This document shows, in pieces, positions 10,785 to 21,555 of a stretch of 27,078 bases of DNA (position 1 is its first letter; each line of letters begins with the position of its first letter). A program made the position numbers and the translations under genes. The DNA is from Tubiluchus corallicola (taxonomy: Eukaryota; Animalia; Priapulida). The notes below the pieces were generated by a model. That model saw only the letters and a program-made list of their open reading frames with translations, did no database searches and had not been told where the DNA came from. The stretch is from contig JAQGDQ010001744.1 of assembly GCA_030141605.1 (NCBI GenBank), positions 1-27,078 on the forward strand. The letters are read 5' to 3'.

Positions 10785-11142
10785 AGAATCGAATCGAATT
10801 TGTGACTTTCGAATCGAACCGAATTTCAGTATTTCGAATCCGAATCGAATTTGAATTGAGTTTGAAGTGAGTTTTCGAACCACTGATGAAAAGTGGTATT
10901 CCAAAGATCATGTATGTTACTTGATTTTGTTCTGCAATAAACCCAGTATTAGAATGTTAAAAATTTTGCACAGAAAATGCAACTATATTGTGCTAATTGC
11001 ATGCTGTTTCAATCAATGATAAAGAACGCATGTGGCTGAAATGCTGAATTATTCGAATCTATAATTTTAGGTTCGAATCGAATTCGAACTAGAAAAATCC
11101 TTCGAATTGAGTTCGAACTTGAACACTTGATGCTCGCTCCTA
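10785..11142. mobile_element. Degenerate non-autonomous DNA-transposon-like element with TTCGAA/GAATC-rich subterminal repeats
   Basis: Two clusters of gaatcgaat/ttcgaa (10786-10880 and 11046-11122) flank unique sequence. No clean TIR or TSD was found. Confidence 0.4.
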
Positions 11143-12237
11143 GTTTGTGTTAAATTGCTGGCGCCGAAAGGCTACGTGATGAATCATTGTCAAAAATTAT
11201 TGTTTCGCCATGTATGAAAAAGATTAACACCTGAATTTGAACAACAATGAAGTTCAGACTGTAAAAAGCTTTTTTTCCAACTTCAGTTTTAAATTAACTT
11301 ATTCCACCAGGATGAACTATATTATCTTAACATAAACTTTAAGACATAATTATCATCAAAACGCATAACATCAAAACTTTTAACGTCGACATGTTGCTGC
11401 AAGTGTTAGTTAAAAATTACACGTATAACTAGAAAAATACAATTATGTTTCAATAGATCAAAGGACATAGTTTGGCCATGGTGTTTGAAAATCCTAACTT
11501 TATCAGTAAAAGTTCAATGGATGCATTGGTGACTTTATTACGTGAATGTTTTCCAGCATTTATCATACTGCTACGAGGAGAGATGTTTTTAATTTTTGTA
11601 CCTATCACATCATGGCTAGGGTGCTTTTTGTTGGAACAGTGCCTCAGTTTAGCACTCCGTTCATGATATTTCTGCCAGACATTTTTATGTTAAGCAATAT
11701 CCCTGCTACTGCACTCTAGCCAAATATTTTGTACTTCTGCTTTCTCATTTCTCTGTTCGTTTGTTTATCAACAGGCTATCTATCCATCTGAATTGTTTTT
11801 GAAATGCTTATCTTTAGTTTCGGCGAATATTTGGTAATGACTGTATTTGAGAGACTGTATAACAAAAGTAAATTAGAACTACATTATTTTTATTGTTTGT
11901 AGTTATTATAATTAACTTTAATTCTATTAAATGATATTAGCTTTAGCGATATGCATTCAGTATGTTACTTATGCCAAAATTCTGGCACAATCGTGATTTG
12001 TTTATGTAAAAAAATATTGTCTAACAGAACGAACAACTTCATTAAGATTCAGTTTTAAATAAACTTCACAAAGATTCACTAATAATTTTCAATGGTTGAT
12101 TTGCATTTTTATTCTTTAGAACACTGAAGGCAATACACTAATTTACTACGCCAAAAGTCTGATCAAACAAATTTGGTCATTTTGTCAAATTTGAAATTTT
12201 TGTTTTCTTCCGATTTTATTCCATTTGTAACAGCGCT

Positions 12238-12425
12238 TTAACAGGACCATCCGTCGTAAGCTTCAACTTGTGTAGATTCTTCAGAGTCTATGCCTAGACG
12301 TCTATAGATGTTGTCATTTGCATTCACTCCCCAGACAACATTTCCTTTGCTACTGACACTGACCTGCTTCAAGCTTCCTGCTATTTGTCGCCATTCTGTG
12401 CCGGTTGGCCTTGCTGCTGTAATAC
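12238..12425 (-). CDS. Tectonin-like lectin, coding exon 6 (last)
   Basis: ttttacag|GT ATT... encodes (G)ITAARPTGTEWRQIAGSLKQVSVSSKGNVVWGVNANDNIYRRLGIDSEESTQVEAYDGWSC*. AATAAA on the minus strand at 12215-12220. Confidence 0.92.
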
Positions 12426-13436
12426 CTGTAAAATATTGAAATACACTTACTGTCATGCATAATTGGATCAATTAGGCGGAAATTTTCAATACCGGTGTGT
12501 TACAACTTTATTCACTTGCGCTGTCAAAACACGCTCTTTTCCAGAATTTACTGCAGCTAGTAAGCTGATTCGTAACTGATTCTACAAGGCTGTGCAATAA
12601 TACGAACAACTTTCACGTCTCAATATCTTTAGTTACTGACGGCAATTGTCTAGCGAGCTGTATATAGCATAAGTTTATACAACAATATGTAACTATAACA
12701 CATTTTTATAATGTACTAAATATAAAGCATGATGCATAAATTTATATAACAAAAATTTCTTTAAATTCAGTTAATTTTCACAGCCATATGCCAAAATAGA
12801 TATACCTGATACGGTTATAGGCAATCACAGAATTGGCCTTGAAATGTGGAGCAAAAAAGTATATCTTTCCTAAAACTAAGTCCATTTAGGCGTTCAGGTA
12901 GTTAATGCTGTTACAAGTCATCTATGGACGTTCTGGATCCCACTATAAAGCTCAAGAATTATCTTTGCCCACGATTTTAAAATATGCCCAAAAAAGCTTT
13001 CCTCAAATTTTAAGTTATATTATTTTGCATTACGTTTACTTGTTTGAAAGGTAATTGGAAAAGAAAGATCTTAATAATTTAACACGTTCACACCCATCAC
13101 TGGAGGTGACTTACCAAAAACATTAAAATTTAACAATTTTACTGACAAATAAAGTAATTTAGTCAAGTTTTGCGCTACAAATATTCTGATTAATTGTTCA
13201 AATTTATTCAATGTTATGTTTCAAACCTGCCTACCGTCAAAATAGTTATGCCTAGTGGTTATCGTGGGAGTTTTAAATTTTCAAGTTTCATACAGCGTTG
13301 CTGCTAAATACATACAAGCTCTGTATGTAATAAAGATGATATGTAAGTAATGAAAAATTTTAGACGGTTTTTTAGCTTTATGCAAATAGAAGATTTTCTT
13401 ATCCTCTAAGCTTAAAATTTGAGTTACATTGCTTAC

Positions 13437-13610
13437 CTGCTCTGATGAATATGACATCACTAGGATTGACACCCCAGACGATGTTGTTGCCACTGCTGAT
13501 TACCTTCAACTTGCCAGGAACATTGACCCAGTCGGTTCCTGCCCCAGTTATCCCGAATCCAGTGTTAGTCCTGTAGTAGATGTCATTGTTCGCGTTCACA
13601 CCCCAGACGC
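13437..13610 (-). CDS. Tectonin-like lectin, coding exon 5
   Basis: ttttctag|GC GTC TGG...GCA G|gtaagc; 174 nt, phase 1-1. Encodes GVWGVNANNDIYYRTNTGFGITGAGTDWVNVPGKLKVISSGNNIVWGVNPSDVIFIRA. Confidence 0.93.
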
Positions 13611-14121
13611 CTAGAAAATTATTGAAGATGCTGTAGTGACAGTGTCCAACGAGATAATTGTCAATAAACAGTCCATAGGTATAGATATAGACATTCAAAT
13701 GAACATGGATGTTTCAGACATAAACAAATGTCAACGCGGACATAGATTGAGATGTACACATAGACGTAAGTGTAGATATAGACATGACATAAAGAAGAAA
13801 TAAACCAGAAAAACACAAAACAACAACTGCGAAATGACATAAGCTCCAAGAAAGAAACTCGCGGACTCTTGAAAGCAAATAGGTCTCGTTTATTATAAAA
13901 TTCTCGAAAATTTGGCAATCACATAAACGCACTGTTCGTTAACGCCTTCCTTACAATGCATTACAGAAACTTTTTTAGTTCATGTTAGAAGTCCAATCTT
14001 TCCTATAATTATATTGCATATATAATATATTTGCTGCTGTTATAAATCATGACACAAAGACACAGAAGCAACGTTATTAAAAATAATTTTATTTATATGA
14101 AGAATAATAAACAATTCTTAC

Positions 14122-14507
14122 CTGAACTTCCAGTTGAAACATATTTCAAACTTCCACTTATCTGTTGCCAAGATGTTCCCAGCAGATTGTTGGCTACCTG
14201 GCCACACCCACACACTATGCCAACCCTCCTGTAGATTTGATCACCACTATTCACTCCCCAGACTTCATTGGTAAGCTCATTGACACTGATCTGTTTGAGA
14301 GCGCCACCGATGTTTTGCCAACCGGTTCCTGAGGGAGCATCTTGGGAAATGCCGGTACGGAAGTAGATTTGGTCTCCACTGTTCACTCCCCAGACGGCTT
14401 GACTACCTGAACTTATCTGTTTAAGTTTTCCAGGAATCTGCACCCAGGTGATCCCGTCAGTGTGACGATCTCCCTCTGTGGATGTTTGGAAGTAAATGTC
14501 GTCACCG
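14122..14507 (-). CDS. Tectonin-like lectin, coding exon 4 (5' boundary ambiguous: 14507 or 14475)
   Basis: ctaatgtttcag|C GGT GAC GAC ATT TAC TTC... encodes GDDIYFQTSTEGDRHTDGITWVQIPGKLKQISSGSQAVWGVNSGDQIYFR...WQQISGSLKYVSTGSS, ending G|gtaaga. Confidence 0.88.
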
Positions 14508-14863
14508 CTGAAACATTAGAGTGGCAGCTTAAAACATGCGCTGACCCATGGTTGATATTATAACAAACAACCGGGTTCGGTACTCGCTCTGGGTGGTTTC
14601 ATACGCCACACTGAGGGAAAACCGACAGTGGCTAAAATACCTGAGCCAGTTCTGTGGTTCCTTTGAGATGGTTAGCCTAGATAATGACTCAGATGCCCGT
14701 CTTTTCACAATCATAATTGCAAATTAGAATGTATCTTGGAGCATAAAGAAGTGTCGAAGTTTAAGAGAATTGAAACTTGAAATATGTGTTTAATGGCATT
14801 GTTAGCAGACGATACGAAATTCCAAGGCGAGTTTTTGGAGAATTCACCAATCTTGTTTCTTAA

Positions 14864-15087
14864 CGGAGTATTTAGACTAGCGAGTTTTCTCGCAAAGTAA
14901 ATTAGTCAAGTATCTCGCAAGTATGTTCAGAATAGACGGCAAATCTTGCTTCGAGTTACTCTCCAACAGTTAGCGCAAGCCCTTCCATATTCGCTGCCAA
15001 AAATGTCGAGAGTAAGCAGTTCACATATGCGAGTTTGCTGCCAGAGATAAAACTCCCGAAAAAAAACTCGTTAGTCTGAACGCGCCG
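14864..15087. mobile_element. 224-bp Harbinger-type MITE related to the 4936-5059 element, in the lectin exon 3/4 intron
   Basis: Right end ctcgttagtctgaacgcgccg shares the GTCTGAACGCGCC terminus. The left end cggagtatttagactagcgag is a degenerate inverse. TAA TSD at 14861-14863 and 15088-15090. Confidence 0.7.
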
Positions 15088-15120
15088 TAAGAGAATCAAG
15101 AATATTGACGTTGCATTTAC

Positions 15121-15282
15121 CTGTGCCTTTAGGATTAGAACAGGATACACCTGTACGCCTGTAAATCTGGTCTGCAGAATTTATTCCCCAAACTTCATTT
15201 GTGTTGGAATCCACACCGACCTGCTTTAAAGACCCAGGTATTTGCTCCCAAGTTGTGCCAGATGGAGCATCTGCACTGATAG
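15121..15282 (-). CDS. Tectonin-like lectin, coding exon 3
   Basis: cccttttgtag|CT ATC AGT...ACA G|gtaaat; 162 nt, phase 1-1. Encodes AISADAPSGTTWEQIPGSLKQVGVDSNTNEVWGINSADQIYRRTGVSCSNPKGT. Confidence 0.92.
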
Positions 15283-15361
15283 CTACAAAAGGGAAAGAAG
15301 AAATGGAGATTGCGACGTCCAATATGAGAAACAAAACAGGTAGCATTTTCGCTATGATGTA

Positions 15362-15590
15362 CATGTTTACTGGAAGATGGGCAAGGATAAAAAGAGAAGA
15401 CAGGCTATGCTCCTGTTCTGGCTCCAACATTCAAACAGAAGAGCATGTTATCTGTTTTTGTCCACTTACGAATCACCTTCGTGAAGATAACACTGATCTG
15501 AGCTTCAACAATCTGCATGAATTTTTCATTGGAAACCCAAACTCATATTGTGAATTTGTAAATAACTGTTTAGCGATTTTTGGACAGTAA
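15362..15590 (+). mobile_element. 3' remnant of non-LTR retrotransposon ORF2 (C-terminal Cys/His domain), antisense in lectin intron
   Basis: TGRWARIKREDRLCSCSGSNIQTEEHVICFCPLTNHLRE matches the TGRW..I.R..RLC..C...E.H....CP...LR zinc-knuckle tail of LINE ORF2. Confidence 0.75.
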
Positions 15591-15795
15591 TGATACGTTA
15601 TGTGATCAAAAGTGTTTATCGTAAATTTGTAAATAACCATTGAGCTGTTTTTGGACAGTAATGATCATGTTATATGATCAAAAGTCCTTTTCTGTAGTGA
15701 ACTATGGACTGAACCAAAATATCATGTTCGACTATCTCTTAATCAGTCAATAAACATATATATATATATATATACAGATGTGAACGTGGCTTTAC

Positions 15796-16026
15796 CTCTT
15801 CTAACATAAATGTTGTTGGCCGAATTCACTCCCCAGACGATTTGTCTACCGGCGTTGATTTGTTTCAGGCTTCCAGCAACTTGAAGCCAAGCGGAACCGT
15901 CAGAATCAACGCCACCTTGTGTGAATTGTCGGAAATAGATATTGTCAGCAGAGTTGCAACCCCAGACTCCAGTGTCACCTATGTCAACGTCTTTTAATAA
16001 ACCTTGGATTTGATTCCACGCCAAAC
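15796..16026 (-). CDS. Tectonin-like lectin, coding exon 2
   Basis: tttttcag|GT TTG GCG TGG...AGA G|gtaaag; 231 nt, phase 1-1. Contains two tectonin repeats, WNQIQGLLKDVDIGDTGVWGCNSADNIYFR and WLQVAGSLKQINAGRQIVWGVNSANNIYVRR. Confidence 0.93.
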
Positions 16027-16099
16027 CTGAAAAAGTACCAATATATTTATGAAGAGATGCTTGTAGTTGTATAAACAGTGGCGTTTAGAAAAAGCTTAA

Positions 16100-16617
16100 A
16101 GGAAAACCGGATGATTGTGTAAACATTAGATCAGAATAAAGAATGCTCTAAAATATTGAAAACTACAATAGCTTATTTTAAATCAAAGCTTAGATCAAAT
16201 AATAATTACCTCGGATACTCGAATTTCATTAAACTTTCAAAGCTACGCGCGGCTAAGTGCATCTAGTAAGATTGGCAACGGCGCGTTTTTGTCACATGGT
16301 ACCGTGATAACCATGATCATGAACTGCAGTGTTAGTTTCTGACGTCATATGATATAGAGCCCATTTTCCGGACATCATGCGTTTAAGCAGTACTGTAACA
16401 GCTATGCAAATGTGCTTGACGCGCAAGGGAAGACGCATGCCATTGCACAAACTGTGGTTAATTTCTGACGTAAGCAATAGCTGTGTTCGGTTGCCATTAA
16501 TTAACTTTCTAAGCTAATTATTCAAATATAAGGAACAATTGTTAATAGGCAAGAAAATGTATATTTTGGACAGCAAATTAAAATGAGATTGAGTCTAAAC
16601 AATCGTCCGGTCTTCCT
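16100..16617. mobile_element. 518-bp non-autonomous Kolobok/T2-type MITE, copy 1
   Basis: TTAA|AGGAAAACCGGATGATTGTGTAAAC...GTCTAAACAATCGTCCGGTCTTCCT|TTAA. A TTAA TSD with AGG termini is the Kolobok/T2-MITE signature. A second copy starts at 21044. Confidence 0.85.
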
Positions 16618-16735
16618 TTAATCTGGTTTAACTCGTCACCTTTAATCTTGGTAGAAGCATTTGTAAAGATCACCCAAATCATTGTTTCAAAGAGCTATAA
16701 ATTTCTTTCTATAAATTAAATCATTGCAGACTTAC

Positions 16736-16799
16736 CTGCCGCAGCATCCGAATTTTGCGCGGCGACCACGATGCAAAGGAACGTCAATAAAATCTTCAT
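16736..16799 (-). CDS. Tectonin-like lectin, coding exon 1 (signal peptide)
   Basis: MKILLTFLCIVVAAQNSDAAA G|gtaagt; 64 nt, phase 1, compatible with exon 2. An upstream acceptor ttccatttcag| gives an exon start at 16827. Confidence 0.88.
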
Positions 16800-17207
16800 G
16801 ATTACATGTACAATTTCACTGCTGTATCTGAAATGGAAAATATAAATGTAAAAATTAACACTAAAAAAATCTAATTAAACGTACATAACATATAGCATAT
16901 ACCATACAATTAAGATTTTCAGCTGTTGTTAAGACAACTACTCGAAGTTGCATGCATCCAAAGGCTAGAAAGAAAGTTCATAAACTAGTCTTGAATTACC
17001 TAATAGGTTGGACTACAGAAGTAGCGTATAATTTATTTAATTAGGCTTTAGCTTGTCCAGGGATAAGTAGGAAGAACAAGGACGCCCGGATTTCCGAAAC
17101 TAGCCTCATCCTGATTTGAGAACCAATGTCCTTTCTACAGAGTGGCTTATACTTGAAATAAGACCGGTTTAATGTATTTTCAACATATATGATTAAAATT
17201 TACTTAC

Positions 17208-17287
17208 TGAAATTCGTGGCTCTTGTTTATCCACTAGCGTAGATGCAAAACTGAACTCAAGTCTGCGCGCTTTACTTTATTTATATA
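17208..17287 (-). promoter_or_regulatory. Putative TATA box, initiator and non-coding first exon of the lectin gene
   Basis: On the minus strand: TATATAAA (17287-17280), TCAGTT Inr about 33 nt downstream (+1 near 17252), and donor TCA|gtaagt at 17208/17207. Confidence 0.6.
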
Positions 17288-17589
17288 CCATGTAAAACCA
17301 GTTTACAACTTTTGTACTAATAGAATTATGACGTAGCCATGAGAACACATTTACCTCGAGAGACATTGACCTCGAGAGTGTGATTTACTATTTGTCCTCA
17401 ACACAATCATTGTTTTTCTGTAAGCACGACATTCCCAGAATTTTCAGATTTATTGAAGTCGTTACCCGGTTTTTCCTGTCACGAAATATTCTGGCGATTT
17501 CCTGCTATTTTGCACGATTTTCCGGAAATAAGCTCCAAAGCTCCTTTATAGTTATTAAAGTGCATGCACGAATGAATGACTTAATAAAG

Positions 17590-18295
<706 letters not shown>

Positions 18296-18678
18296 ATTGA
18301 GGTAAAGATTAAAATTAATCATGCATAAGGAATTATGAGTGAAAACGGAAAAAGAAACGAAAAAAGCAGCAATAAGAAAAAAACTGTGGCCTAACTGTGA
18401 TACGTGGTTTCCTGCGAGATAAATCTTTTTCAGTTACAAATCTCCACAACATGGATATAACATTAATCGAAAACAAAAAGTTTAGATTTAGAACAATTCC
18501 TTTAAGTACCTAATGACTGTGTTTTTGTGCAATGCTTTAACATTACCAGGAGTGTGCTGTCAGGGGTGTCACTGGGGTGTGAGGATATGATTGATTGCCA
18601 TGCAGAAGAAACCAAAAAAGAATAGATGAAAACTTATAAAACTGTTATAAAGAGCAATTAATTTTGAGTGAAGTACAC

Positions 18679-19354
18679 TTATTTTATTATTCGCAGTTCT
18701 GAGGGCCAGAACTGAACAGAGGTACGATTCATGTTGGTTTCTCAACGGAGTTGTATGGTTGACATCCTTATGTCTCGGAAGACAATGGAGTGTGCGCCAA
18801 GAGAGTCAGTTATTGATCACATTGATGGAGCTGCAGCGTCGACTGTGGCTGAGCAGTGCGATCCTTGAACGTCTCCAGGGGGGAGCGCGCCTGGGCAAGG
18901 TGTATGGAGATCCTGAGTTGCCCAAAGAACAGGAACTCCCTCTCTTCCTCCCTGGTGTAGTCCCGAGTTGCCCAGACAACAGGAACTCCCTCTCTTCCTC
19001 CCTGGTGTAGTCCAAAGGAAAGCCGAGCGATACGTTTGGCACCAGGTTGGCTGCAGGAGCTGCCGGAGTCAGTGAGCATGCTGGACTGGTCCGCCTTCAG
19101 AACTCCACTCCTGATTTGGAAGGTTTACTCCTCTACACATGGCCGTTGGATCACTTGACGTCCTCCGCCCTCTAGCCGTTGGCTGCTTGTGCAGCTCCTC
19201 CGCCTAGTGTCGAGATACATTGTGGGCATCCCGCAAGCCTACAGCACCTGGTATTCCTAAGCGGTCACCCATCCAAGTACTAATCTGGCTCTACGTTGCT
19301 TAACTTCGGTGATCAGACGAGAACCGGTGTTTTCAACGTGATTTGGTCGTAGTC
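18679..19354 (-). mobile_element. Candidate 5S-derived SINE (SINE3), ~676 bp
   Basis: Full 5S head with no T-run terminator, a GC-richer body containing a 50-bp tandem duplication (18911-19013), a terminal hairpin CAGTTCTG-GCCCT-CAGAACTG, and the tail AATAATAAAATAA. Confidence 0.65.
19235..19354 (-). rRNA. 5S rRNA sequence (120 nt; variant copy, probably a SINE head)
   Basis: Reverse complement GACTACGACCAAATCACGTTGAAAACACCGGTTCTCGTCTGATCACCGAAGTTAAGCAACGTAGAGCCAGATTAGTACTTGGATGGGTGACCGCTTAGGAATACCAGGTGCTGTAGGCTT, with box A and box C present. Confidence 0.93.
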
Positions 19355-20116
19355 TAAAATGTCATTACTCATTTCTTTTTCTCCTATCGTTAATATCGTA
19401 ATTTCAATAATGAAAGGAAAACTTTAGAAAACGCATTAAAGAAAATATAGTGATGATTAACATATTAAAAATACGTTTACATCTACTTGTGATTACTTTT
19501 ATGTACAACAAGGCAGTCATTTCCTGACACTGTGTGTAAATTATATAGAATAAAAATATGTATACATAGAAAGAAGCATAAACAAGTAGTCCTATAAATG
19601 TAAATATTTTGTTTTTGACACTTTTGTCAGTCTATACCTACATAATTACGTAGCCCATTATTTGCACTTATTTGGAAATAACTCAAACTAAATTGGAAAA
19701 TTTTCAAGGCAAATTTCTTCTGCTAGCCATGTTAAACTTCCTCCTGTACCTCTATGGCCGTATTCGTGAATGATATGACCAATTGACCATAGCCACAATT
19801 GTAAGTAAGCTATCTTATGCACTTTTATATTACTGTAATAGTTTTTTCTAATAGGCCATACGCATGGTTATATCAGTTGGTAATACATTTAGGCCATCTT
19901 AAATTGCCACCTAGTTGAGTTATTTTGACTTTAATGCTGCGTAGGTGACCATTTTGAATGGCCTTGACCTTGAATTACCTTGAAAGACTTTTTCTGACAG
20001 GCCATATACATGTTTATAACAGTGGGTAAAAAAGCAGTCATACACTATTTTTGTCCGGGTCAAACCTTATTTTGACCGGAAAATATTATGATGCATTTTC
20101 GTGAAAACTAAGTACA

Positions 20117-20410
20117 TTTTGACGCACTTATGATGCACTTTAGTACATATTGTGACGCACTTTGATACAGATAGTGACGCGCATTGATACACATTGTGAT
20201 GAACTTTGATACAGATAGTGACGCGCATTGATACACATTGTGGTTAACTTGTCTACAGATAGTGATGCACTTTGATGCACATTGTGAGGCACTTTGATAC
20301 AGATAGTGATGCACTTTGATACACACTGTGATGAACTTTGATACAGATAGTGATGCACTTTGATACACATTGTGATGAACTTTGATACACACTGTGATGC
20401 ATATTGATAC
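20117..20410. repeat. Minisatellite, 22-bp unit alternating as a 44-bp dimer, ~13 units
   Basis: tttgatacagatagtgatgcac and tttgatacacattgtgatgaac alternate with a 22-nt period. Confidence 0.9.
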
Positions 20411-20439
20411 GTATTGTACTTGCGATGTACAAATTGCGC

Positions 20440-20479
20440 GGACAATCTGGAGAAGAAAAGGGTTACTTTGGAATAACAG
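20440..20479 (+). pseudogene. Skeletor/knickkopf-like (DM13-DOMON family) exon fragment 1, 5'-truncated
   Basis: GQSGEEKGYFGIT G|gtaagt resembles the recalled Skeletor motif GP(S/T)GG..GY.AITG. No acceptor upstream, where the minisatellite abuts. Confidence 0.6.
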
Positions 20480-21043
20480 GTAAGTTTATTAGTATCCCTC
20501 AAAGCAACTGTTATGGTCCACTCATCGACCGGCTGAGTTACCAACTGCTTTTCAGGCTACAGACTAGCTTGCCTCTCGATCCTGACCCACTGACAGAGCA
20601 AGATGGGTGGTTTAGAGCCTGAATAAGTCTGACTATGTCTGAATTTTTCATAACTCCTTGCAATTTTCATTAATTATGACATTTAAAATTTTACAACACT
20701 TTTTATTGAAGCAAAACCGGACCCAATCTTGAACTGTAAGTCAAAACAATCTACTCTTTAAAATATTGAAAGGAAACATACTATTTTTTTCACAAATGAC
20801 TTACGTGAAAGAATTATCACCACACAAATACAATTTCACGTTAGCGCCACTAGTTATTTCATGTTACACGCATTTTTCCATTGTCTAGTTAGATGGGCAC
20901 TAGCGAATTAGTGGAATTAGTAGAATTTTTCAAGTTTGAGGAAGCCTATGTACCAGAATTTGGATCTCATTTGAGGCCCCAAAATGTGCTCAAATACAGG
21001 AAAATGCGACCCCCCAGACCTTCTAGTTGCTTTTGCGTTTTAA

Positions 21044-21466
21044 AGGAAAACCGGACGATTGTGTAAACATCAGTTCAGAATAAAGAATGCTCTAAAATAT
21101 TGAAAACTACAATAGCTTTTTTTAAATCAAAGCTTAGATTAAATAATAATTACCTCGGATACTCAAATTTCGTTAAACTTTCAAAGCTACGTGCAGCTCA
21201 GTGAATCTGCTAAGATTGGCAGCGGCGCCTTTTGGTCACATGCGCGTGGTCGACAAATAGAAGGCAGTACCGTGATAAACATGATCATGAACTGCTGTGT
21301 TAGTTTCATGACGTCATATTATGGCGATAGCTGTGTTAGGTCGCCGTTGATTAACTTTCTAAGCTAATTATTCAAATATAAGGAACAATTGTTAACTTTT
21401 ATAGGCAGGAAAATGTATATTTTGGACAGTAAATTAAACGAGTCTAAACAATCGTCCGGTCTTTCT
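21044..21466. mobile_element. 423-bp Kolobok/T2-type MITE, copy 2
   Basis: TTAA|AGGAAAACCGGACGATTGTGTAAAC...AAACAATCGTCCGGTCTTTCT|TTGA. Collinear with 16100-16617 apart from internal indels. Confidence 0.85.
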
Positions 21467-21555
21467 TTGAACCCTGGTGTCGTTCACAGCCTGTTGCATG
21501 CTGTTGGTCTGTTTACAACCATCAAAACAAAGTAAAACTGGTATTTGTAACTTAG

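Noticed and set aside
10785-11122. GAA/TTC clusters as heat-shock elements upstream of DCPS
   Set aside because: Spacing is mostly TTCGAA/GAATC rather than alternating nGAAnnTTCn pentamers, and fits transposon subterminal repeats better.
11472-11850. Hydrophobic reading frames suggesting a membrane-protein remnant
   Set aside because: No family motif or convincing splice sites recognised; T-rich composition is enough to explain them.
19235-19354. Functional 5S rRNA gene, or a 5S/spliced-leader RNA cluster
   Set aside because: Single copy in the window, no oligo-T terminator, helix I mismatch, and no spliced-leader-like gene recognised nearby.
20108-20544. Cys/His-rich repetitive ORFs
   Set aside because: Products of the 22-bp minisatellite.
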